Shown piece after piece: positions 56,101 through 61,333 of a DNA stretch of 61,333 bases. Origin of the DNA: a virus (Duplodnaviria; Caudoviricetes); IMG/VR virus record IMGVR_UViG_3300005529_000039, positions 1-61,333 of that record. One strand, written 5' to 3'. The notes below the pieces were generated by a model. That model had not been told where the DNA came from. It did not search any database and saw only the letters and a program-made list of their open reading frames with translations. The position numbers and the translations under genes were made by a program. Position 1 is the stretch's first letter; the number at the start of each line of letters is the position of its first letter.

Positions 56101-56874
56101 ATGATGGCTTTGGGCATGGTGCTTCTTGGTGGCGCAATTCGAAAACTCCTACAGCAGGTGACGGGAGAGAAAGACGCCGAGCCAGCTTATCCGGGAATTT
56201 TTGGTTTGCTGCACGCAGCCGACCGAGTGGCGCGCAAAGAAGAAACTCCCACCCAGGCACTAACCAAGGCCGTAACCCCGAATCCCGCGACTATGGGGGC
56301 CTTACAGCTTGCGTTCAATCGTGACCTGCAGACCGGTCGGCACATCTATGATCCAGCCGCCAAGTGGGATGTCGAAGCCGAACAACTCATGCACTACCTG
56401 AAAGAAAACCTCTCGCCCATGGGATCAGAAATTGAGCGCGCCTCCCATACCGATGAAGGCTGGAAGAAATTCGCCTGGAACCAGTTGGACGTGAATTTCC
56501 CCAAGCACGGCGCCGAAGCTCTGGCCCAGCAGATCGCCTCAGCGAAGCTAGATACCTCAGCCATGACCACAGAGGAGCGGGAGAAGTATTACGCCCGCCA
56601 GAAAGCCATTGACGCGCTGCGCCGCGGCGATACCGCTGGACTCGAGGAAGGAATCGAAAAAGGTCAGTTGAGCGCCGAAGACATTTCGAAACTCATTCGC
56701 CGCTCAACCCTCACCGGACTAGCCGACAAGGTCCACGACTTCACCTTCGAAGAACTGATGCGGGTTTACGAAAAGGCGGACGAACAACAGCAGGAAGAGC
56801 TCTTGCCCTTGTTGCTTGAGAAACAGGAACACCTGCTCGAGCAAGGACGGATTGAAGAAGCAGTGACCCAGTGA
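50176..56874 (+). CDS. Giant polyvalent ejection protein with ParB-like and zincin-like domains
   Basis: RFQYK..VSVWRD..YVINGHHRFELA..NIAEG and LHEELIH, 2232 aa. Confidence 0.85.
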   Translation: MGGSPATPKFEISAPEFEITAADGTPDLRPEVEAAIRKVPIPRPDYMQTESLLPKWLAGTPAPTAVSPEAQQLERDVTQSAPKQRPSASALAATAAELFTNPDVDSVGTEPGVGKRVERGLKQVAIPGQRGTGALNLAAAGTEALTPFMGPAAIENPVSIAKGLAEGTVASKGVGYGARKLGATPEQQSAAEDLAFWMPGVARSVLGPKASLVSTPEVKGGTVGVRGAGAAVAVTPEGVRLGGRLGPLRGSVSIPRNVAPAPAGLEPPTIEGSQVAVDPASQALAQHEIIQQRAARVAQGMPPVEPQPATPASPKVTEITQNDITRVAEIISKLLPNLRSQGMLEAHQTMARILQENGRVIGPDGKLLVIDSPKAAEKAAAQMVNDEVERQDKLAEEAAKGRTPSSSEKGAAQAGVAPSKRPTRAQARAVEQKTFEVAAPEPKFEIAAPEKAEVESSDGATVPVSVEPHGQEGANLPGAGAGQHEQLLGGVSERQAQGSNQPQRAEEVRGAGTGGADTHPANLPGGIAGSDEGSANPANSLQKAGFVKGQQVRFSKDFPVRKGQNQEVAETIPQGTTAFVEHAGEGMNFVRLRLPDGRKLSVNQRAIEQVPEGSVNPPKASGVEPGQVGSMKLSDLKLAPNRFQYKLGTDAEGVSSLLKEQDQFKPDLAGVVSVWRDPQDGKVYVINGHHRFELAKRTGQKEIAVRHIVAPTAERARSIGALQNIAEGRGTPVDAAKFFRDTGMTPEKIKDEGISLGEATVRQGHALSRLDTPLFNKVVSGDLRPGRAVAIGEATNDPAEQKAILNLVDKKEARGQKISDGVLSELIRFVKESGREKETTADLFGSQEITKSLALEKAEVSDYIRQQLAKDRKLFGFVSKEGRAEDLARAGNKIEVEKSKEISTGAQQAEEVYNRLSGKGGEISDILDQAARRLAGKENPATVKSDAYKSIRDAVSKALSGRTETSTQGREGVSGRGGEQSQTPLTLTHVEEPLNLGFSLISDRSPEAWAKIANFAYATPVRDEGIKPYAKLTTQGMWLVSRALRRNILGASIPEKNAEELYYGLNEIAEKVRPVDQAAAENIEKLIKDLKSVEQPKTGITVAPDRGRLNAEQDLRILHEELIHAELQHAPGKGVLAKGVPAELINDPGIQKMKPRIDMETRAGYIPEITIAEGFADIATGTPNELSPEEAEATARKYYQAIAEMYGPEILDKAQQLQDYIDRLAEERDIIPAGEKFNERENGPARKALADTRREVIGDQGTVRRRGDETAESSGRTETGEGSGQSLESSPGSAPANHENVQLRSTTGEAGRGTGSTERTATEPKATLASSQPIGLTDEELETWSKSKSFHVEEAGEQANLFGEPQKIFRVSRIVDGEKQTGLVYEDQLKAIEQDKHPGQESLFHRLHKDESGEFDTGPVAKAAGTVSSFLKQELEDTRRARELQWEMYDLDKRHEGRVLRAKQLLERLQDEGVTQEDRKAIDDHLDALEADSDSVPVPPLTAKQDEILDKVLLPLKEEAEAAFKKVTEGGLTIPNYNPRQTKGKGGMLDRFISKQGQRWSGRANMLSKSMPATKHRVMMALELENPSRQGSLLYKKGDRLVVSLNGGQVTAWKDGQPENLGGISVSDEGRVFEDKDGNVWTLKQATKNEIEKDSGVRYYHDAAASTIVNWLQAKKAEAAYDFVENFKQAPEFKDIAMPTGQGNPPKGWRTTNLPQFKGYYFEPHTAEVFDWFFDRLKSGDPNAFDALNSFMRAKILLNPIKHPINIGAHWMVERGASGFMPQRMYRLAKTGARAINAVWNQNQDYLDALEAGAPLQSAHDATRDLVKLFYEQLADASERGEPWATKAAKAIGFPPTTLVQKLHTLSSKIAWPASDMMFLQAAYEYQETHPNTSLKDAFREVGRIIPEYRLPVRILNSTVMGKIMASKWGTIFGSYHYGELRAFSESAKSAFGMGEKAPGKPKAGDVAKGWDRLAMMALGMVLLGGAIRKLLQQVTGEKDAEPAYPGIFGLLHAADRVARKEETPTQALTKAVTPNPATMGALQLAFNRDLQTGRHIYDPAAKWDVEAEQLMHYLKENLSPMGSEIERASHTDEGWKKFAWNQLDVNFPKHGAEALAQQIASAKLDTSAMTTEEREKYYARQKAIDALRRGDTAGLEEGIEKGQLSAEDISKLIRRSTLTGLADKVHDFTFEELMRVYEKADEQQQEELLPLLLEKQEHLLEQGRIEEAVTQ
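51548..51817 (+). CDS. Possible nested +1-frame small protein
   Basis: YRWNRMGRKGQICRVLARGSMNSCLVEF..VTSRNAL reads as a folded SH3-like domain where the host frame is low complexity. Confidence 0.5.
   Translation: MEQLYLYRWNRMGRKGQICRVLARGSMNSCLVEFLNDKHRAVTSRNALKKYGVLVPAEPTHILRIFQGGSPGAMKAARTPPTAYRRQDS
53888..54184 (+). CDS. Possible nested +1-frame helical protein
   Basis: GGAG RBS upstream of ATG, amphipathic helices. Confidence 0.45.
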   Translation: MSEKTAPPEKPSPTPEEKLSAIKEQFADAETKLRKAAAELKQAKDRDKASNLLQEVHRQTMRMFSYGAQLGKPDAGLDLLKELLPNQKLPSPQASPSA

Positions 56875-56927
56875 ATCAGCAGCCCCACCAGAACCAACAC
56901 CACTAACCAGAGAATCCCGTACAACAC
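56766..56927 (-). CDS. Leaderless small membrane protein
   Basis: MLYGILWLVVLVLVGLLIHWV directly after a TTGACG-17-TAGACT promoter. Confidence 0.5.
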   Translation of the reverse strand: MLYGILWLVVLVLVGLLIHWVTASSIRPCSSRCSCFSSNKGKSSSCCCSSAFS

Positions 56928-56933
56928 GACAGC

Positions 56934-56962
56934 AGTCTAGGCCTAGCGTGCACCTGCGTCAA
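56934..56962 (-). promoter_or_regulatory. Sigma70 promoter
   Basis: TTGACG-N17-TAGACT. Confidence 0.65.
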
Positions 56963-57010
56963 CAAGGCCTACCGTAACCCCGGCTGAACTTCAAGCCAAA
57001 GGGTACAACT

Positions 57011-57625
57011 ATGAGCGCCGAAACCAAGCGCACAGGGAAATCCACCTCCAAAAGCACCGCTGCCCAACCCGGCTCGAAGAAGAAGCCGCGCCGCAAAAAG
57101 AGCGCCACGCTCGCCGACTACCGCCGGCTGGCCGTCGAATACGTCCTCACCGACGGCAATAAGACCCAATCCTGCATCAACGCCGGTTTCTCGCCTCACT
57201 GCCGCTATTACCTTTTTTCCCTTGAAGTGGTCCGGAACATGATTGATGAGATCAGCAACGACCCCGGATTTATCAAAGGGGTATTTGCCAAGGTCGACCA
57301 AAAAGCGATCGACGACTTCAAGCTCTCGCGCGGCTTTCTCGACAGCAACCTCGCGCACATCATCGTCAACGGATCCACTCACTTCATGCGCGGCGATGCC
57401 GACCGTGTAAAAGCCATCGAGACGGGATACAAAGCGCTGGGCATTATCGAAGCCCCACGAATCGTCAACAACAACCAAGCCAACGCGCAGGCGGCAGCCG
57501 TCGGCGCGACTGCGTTTGAAGTCTACAAATCGCGCTGGAAGCTCGAACGAGAAGAGCGCATGCGCGACCAACTGGACCGCGAAGATGCTAATCGACAACT
57601 CCCCGCAGCCCCCGCTCAGTCCTAG
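57011..57625 (+). CDS. terS: Terminase small subunit
   Basis: EYVLTDGNKTQSCINAGFS..KAIE, upstream of TerL. Confidence 0.75.
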   Translation: MSAETKRTGKSTSKSTAAQPGSKKKPRRKKSATLADYRRLAVEYVLTDGNKTQSCINAGFSPHCRYYLFSLEVVRNMIDEISNDPGFIKGVFAKVDQKAIDDFKLSRGFLDSNLAHIIVNGSTHFMRGDADRVKAIETGYKALGIIEAPRIVNNNQANAQAAAVGATAFEVYKSRWKLEREERMRDQLDREDANRQLPAAPAQS

Positions 57626-59255
57626 CGACGTTCAAGTACTGCCTGATCCTGCCCGGCGCTGGTTGCCTGCATCGGCCGCGCAAAGAGCAGCGCTTGATTG
57701 CTCTGCCGACATCCTGCTCATGGGCGGCAGTCTCGGAAGCTTGAAAACGTCAACCATGCTGGTGGATCTGATTCAAGAGCGTGATTACCCCACCATGCGC
57801 TCGTATTTCTTCCGTCGAACCTACGCCGAAATGGAAGGCGGCGATGGCGCCATCGATCAGTCGATGCGGCTGTTCTCGCAGACTGGCGCCACCTATAACG
57901 GCGCTACCCACACCTGGAAGTGGCCATCGGGAGCGGAATTTTACTTCCGCCACGCCCAGCACGAAAAGGACATTTACCAGTACCAGGGTCATGCCATGTC
58001 AGCCCTCGGCATCGACGAGGTCACCCACTGGCCGGAGAAGATGGTCAAGTACTTGGTTACCCGCAACCGCTGTACAGATCCCAATGTGTTTGTACGAGTA
58101 CGCTTTGGGACCAACCCGGGGAATGTCGGCAACAAGTGGTGTAAGCATGTCTTCTTCAATGGCATCTGCCCGCATTGCCATCCCGATCTTGCTCCGCCAC
58201 CAGGAGTTCCGCGCACCGGCACCACCTGGCTCGACGGGCAGCCGCTGCGGATCGCGCTAGAGAACGGTCAAGTGGTTGACCTTACCGTCGCCTACATTCT
58301 CTCGAGCGTGCGCGATCACAGCATGTACCCAGCGGAGTATCTGGCGAGAATTAAGATGCAATCCCCAGCCACCGCTAAGGCGCTCCTCGAAGGCTGCTGG
58401 GACATCTTCGAAGGCCAGTTCTTTGATGTATTTGAACCCGACCGCGGTATTCGCCTAGAGAACCCACGTCCCGGCACCGGACCTATGGTGGTACCGCGAC
58501 GGCAAATTGGTGAGCAGTGGTGGTGGCCGCGCTGGGTAGCGAGCGATTTCGGGTTTTCTATATCCGTCAGCGCCGCGCATCTTCTTGTGCATCAACCGCA
58601 ATCGCAGGACTGGCCACGCGGCCGAGTTTACGTGGTAGATGAAGTCGAGTGCCAGGAGACCGCGCGCAATTTCGCGGAGCTACTACTGAAGCGTTGGGCG
58701 CTTGGGGACGACGGACGACCCATCGAGCAACGCTGGATGCCGTGGTTTCTTTCGCCTGACTCCTTCCGCGAGATCGGAGTTGGATTCACGCTGGCTGCTC
58801 AGATGAATGAAGTATTGGGAAAGTACGGCATCCAATTTCATCGCGCCGACAATGATCGCGTGGGCGGCGCGATGAAGATGTACTCTGGGTTTGAAACCGG
58901 AGAACTGGTAATTTGCAGTGAGTGCCCGAAAACAATCGCCGCCATCCAGTCTCGTGTGCACGACGACAAAAACGAAAACGATGTCAAGAAAATTCCGGGA
59001 GAGCCGGACGACGACTTTTATGATTCCGCGCGCTACGGGTACAAATCGTGGGAGACCTCGCGCGGAGTGTCGACGCCCCTAAATATCCGCATCGCGGAAA
59101 AACTGGAAAAGGAATTCAAGAACGATTCCACCACGGCCATGTTCAACGCGATGAAAACCGTGGAACAAGAAAAGGCCAAAGAGCAGCCCCAGTTCTACGG
59201 TGGCAGCGCTCGAGCCAGGATTCTCCAAGCGCAAAGGAACCGGGGACGCTCATAA
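57585..59255 (+). CDS. terL: Terminase large subunit
   Basis: Walker A variant MGGSLGSLKT, FRRTY, YQG, IDEVTH, TNPG, LEGCWD, nuclease DFG..DDFYDSARY. Confidence 0.92.
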   Translation: MLIDNSPQPPLSPSDVQVLPDPARRWLPASAAQRAALDCSADILLMGGSLGSLKTSTMLVDLIQERDYPTMRSYFFRRTYAEMEGGDGAIDQSMRLFSQTGATYNGATHTWKWPSGAEFYFRHAQHEKDIYQYQGHAMSALGIDEVTHWPEKMVKYLVTRNRCTDPNVFVRVRFGTNPGNVGNKWCKHVFFNGICPHCHPDLAPPPGVPRTGTTWLDGQPLRIALENGQVVDLTVAYILSSVRDHSMYPAEYLARIKMQSPATAKALLEGCWDIFEGQFFDVFEPDRGIRLENPRPGTGPMVVPRRQIGEQWWWPRWVASDFGFSISVSAAHLLVHQPQSQDWPRGRVYVVDEVECQETARNFAELLLKRWALGDDGRPIEQRWMPWFLSPDSFREIGVGFTLAAQMNEVLGKYGIQFHRADNDRVGGAMKMYSGFETGELVICSECPKTIAAIQSRVHDDKNENDVKKIPGEPDDDFYDSARYGYKSWETSRGVSTPLNIRIAEKLEKEFKNDSTTAMFNAMKTVEQEKAKEQPQFYGGSARARILQAQRNRGRS

Positions 59256-59798
59256 CTTCTCGGCAGTAATCCGCAACCGCCTTCCGAACTCTCCCGCTGG
59301 CCGCGAGATACTGACGATCCGGAAGCCAGCCCGGTCGAGAGCCTTCTTCATTCCGCGCACCGTCTGAAACGATTCCGACCTCCCGCGCCACGTCCACGCC
59401 TTTCCGGTGGCGTGGAAGTATATCCCGTTCACAATCACAAACAGGCGGTATAGTGTCGCGCCAAAACTGCGTGATCTTCTCAGCTCATGCCAGGTGAAGC
59501 TCAGAGGATGAACGCTGGCGAATAAACGTCCTCCGCGAATGAGTACGCGATTCGCTTCCCGCAGCGCAGTGGGTATGTGCATGTAGGGCAACGAGAGCAG
59601 GCACAGCACGGATTCAAAGGATTCAGCGCGAAACGGAAGGTGTTCCCCGGTTGCTTGCACAAACCTGCGATCTGGAAAGGCTTGGCGGTTAAAAACTGGG
59701 AGCGGATCACAGCTTACGAGCTCAGGCGTCTCGCCCACTCCCAGGTGAGAGAGTTCTTTGCCATGACCACAGCCTAAATCCAGAATGCGTGTGCCCAT
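59250..59798 (-). CDS. Class I SAM-dependent methyltransferase (Methyltransf_11-like)
   Basis: ILDLGCGHG..GEHLPFRAESFE..LREANRVL.RGG. Confidence 0.85.
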   Translation of the reverse strand: MGTRILDLGCGHGKELSHLGVGETPELVSCDPLPVFNRQAFPDRRFVQATGEHLPFRAESFESVLCLLSLPYMHIPTALREANRVLIRGGRLFASVHPLSFTWHELRRSRSFGATLYRLFVIVNGIYFHATGKAWTWRGRSESFQTVRGMKKALDRAGFRIVSISRPAGEFGRRLRITAEKL

Positions 59799-59877
59799 AG
59801 TTGGCTTGGAACTCTAGCACAACCATAGATGCTTGCGGCAAGAAAAAAGTTTTGTTACGAAAACGGAACAGGATAGG

Positions 59878-60351
59878 TCAAGAAATTTTCTTGCGGGGTT
59901 GTGAGGCTGCCTCCTGGCGGAGGCTAACGGTATCGCTTGATTCGTCGTACTTGAAGATGGTTGGATTCTGTGTAATGGTGACGCGCACATAGCGGCGGAA
60001 GCGGCGCGGGTCCTTTCCCATGGGCATTCCGCCAGCAATCAGATCAGCGCTGGCCTTGGTTACCAGTACTCCTCCCGGGCGCTCATTAAGATACGCCTGC
60101 AGGGCGGCGCGGCGTTTCATGCCATGGAACTGGCCGGGTCGCACCGCAGGATGGCTTCGTGATATGCCAAATGAGGTTTCGGCCAGCCCGCCGCGCAAGC
60201 GTGAGATGTTGGCCTCCAGTTCGGCAATCTGCGCATCGCACTCGCGTTGTATCTCGTTTTTCTTGTCTTCGAGGATCTGGATTACAAAGCTCGCGTCCTG
60301 CTGGGTCATCATGAAACCTTGGCTTACCATGTTGTGCACGTCGGTAAACAA
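59878..60351 (-). CDS. Coiled-coil plus probable wHTH protein
   Basis: Protein-like. Tandem TTGACA upstream. True start probably ATG 60330 or later. Confidence 0.65.
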   Translation of the reverse strand: MFTDVHNMVSQGFMMTQQDASFVIQILEDKKNEIQRECDAQIAELEANISRLRGGLAETSFGISRSHPAVRPGQFHGMKRRAALQAYLNERPGGVLVTKASADLIAGGMPMGKDPRRFRRYVRVTITQNPTIFKYDESSDTVSLRQEAASQPRKKIS

Positions 60352-60373
60352 ATTAGCATAAATGTCAAGAATG

Positions 60374-60685
60374 TCAAGCCGATGATCCCATCGAAGGAAA
60401 CGCTAGTACGCGACATTGATTCGCGGAGCGGCGCTTGGCGACCATGGGCTCGACCGCCCAAATCGCCATTAGCAATGCCTCTCCGGCCATGCTGATAGCG
60501 AAGAGATCGCCCTGCCGCCTGCGGATCACCAGGCGGCGACCGATGAGAGTTGTTAGTGGTTGAGTGGCCAGATCGCGCTCCATTCGTGGGTAAGAGTAGA
60601 TCGAAGCTAGAAGATAATATTCAGCCTCCGAAAGATCAAAGATTGAACAGGGATGGGATGAATTCGACAACACGGTCGATGACAT
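60374..60685 (-). CDS. Hypothetical protein
   Basis: AAGGAG upstream. Confidence 0.45.
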   Translation of the reverse strand: MSSTVLSNSSHPCSIFDLSEAEYYLLASIYSYPRMERDLATQPLTTLIGRRLVIRRRQGDLFAISMAGEALLMAIWAVEPMVAKRRSANQCRVLAFPSMGSSA

Positions 60686-60918
60686 GGGGGTCGGACTGCT
60701 CCTTTACAGAACGCGGTATGAGATCGGAAATGAACTTTCATGCCGAAGAGCATACCGCAAAGTAACTATCTGGCATCTGGCACAAAAGTGCTAAGGTTCG
60801 GTGAATTGGCGAACACCGACGGGTTGGGTGCGTTGTGGGTGCACAACTTTGCCATCAAATGTGTGCACTCTATCCTTGCAAGTTGATGTTTTTACAACTG
60901 TTATTAGTTGGCCGAATC

Positions 60919-60968
60919 CAGCCCTGAAAAGGCTGGCGTCGGCGGTTCAACTCCGTCCCTGGCCACCA
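60919..60968 (+). other. attR core: 3' half of tRNA-Phe(GAA)
   Basis: CAGCC-CTGAAAA-GGCTG anticodon arm, GGCGGTTCAACTCCGTC T arm, CCTGGCC-A-CCA. No D arm or 5' acceptor strand. Confidence 0.85.
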
Positions 60969-60997
60969 CGTTTTCAATCACTTGCAAGCTGCTCTCC

Positions 60998-61050
60998 TGG
61001 TCACTTGGTCACAATTGGTCACAATTGATCGGTCACGTTTGGTCACAATT
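60998..61050 (+). repeat. Five (T/C)GGTCAC direct repeats, arm-site-like
   Basis: TGGTCACT, TGGTCACAAT x2, CGGTCACG, TGGTCACAAT. Confidence 0.7.
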
Positions 61051-61169
61051 CAATTGACCAAACGGCTGAGTCCTTCGACAACTCGTTGCTGACTTTCTGG
61101 TACGAACTGCTGGTAGATGTCGAGGGGGCTGGCCCAGCTTTGATTTTTCGCGAACTCCTCCTACAAAAT

Positions 61170-61212
61170 GGCTGCCCCATCTTTCGTGGTGTTCGAAAGG
61201 TGGGCACCACGA
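61170..61212. repeat. REP-like palindrome in host DNA
   Basis: GGCTGCCCCATCTTTCG-TGGTGTT-CGAAAGGTGGG, with another GGTGCCC start at ~61315. Confidence 0.55.
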
Positions 61213-61333
61213 AACGAATGCGACTGTTCATTCGTCATAGCGGCGCGGTACTATTCAACCCCGAAGCGGAGAGCGCACAGGGCACTCAGAAACCCCCTTG
61301 ATCTCGGTAGCAGTGGTGCCCAGCCTTCGAAAA

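Larger units (their letters stand above)
1..60968. mobile_element. Prophage, podovirus-like temperate phage, left end outside window
   Basis: Recombination, replication, lysis, portal/capsid/terminase and ejection genes, ending at a tRNA 3' fragment. No tape measure or sheath gene recognised. Confidence 0.92.

Noticed and set aside
50176-56874. Tape measure protein
   Set aside because: No tail tube or chaperone genes, and the domain content fits an ejection protein
60919-60968. Functional tRNA-Phe
   Set aside because: The 5' acceptor strand and D arm are missing
60998-61050. CRISPR array
   Set aside because: Repeats are 7-10 bp with no spacer-length unique sequences

Overview
About 61 kb of a temperate, podovirus-like prophage. 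Its right end (attR) is a 3' fragment of a tRNA-Phe gene at 60919-60968. The integrase and repressor are not in the window and probably lie left of base 1. REP-like palindromes beyond attR and the style of the secreted proteins suggest an Acidobacteria host (inference). Layout: (1) a leftward early region at 1-8.3 kb with a two-subunit overlapping-frame C5 DNA methylase, HNH, HTH, a CAT-anticodon tRNA, RecT/YqaJ, Xis, VRR-NUC and a Fis-like HTH; (2) a rightward replication region at 8.5-11.6 kb with an initiator containing iterons, a loader, DUF5131 and a truncated N4/N6 methylase; (3) a promoter, a hairpin-rich leader and a ~240-nt multibranch ncRNA candidate; (4) an ~18 kb cluster of Cys-rich fibre/beta-helix/Ig proteins that nearly all start with Sec signal peptides, with the lysis genes embedded in it; (5) portal, scaffold, capsid, adaptor, nozzle, ejection proteins (one with a Hint domain, one 2232-aa polyvalent protein with nested +1-frame ORFs) and the terminase genes last. 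The most unusual signals are the exported fibre set, a short PM[KR]xxFG[RM]P-type peptide tag shared by five late proteins, and the structured RNA. All calls come from motif recognition by eye. No searches or folding programs were run.
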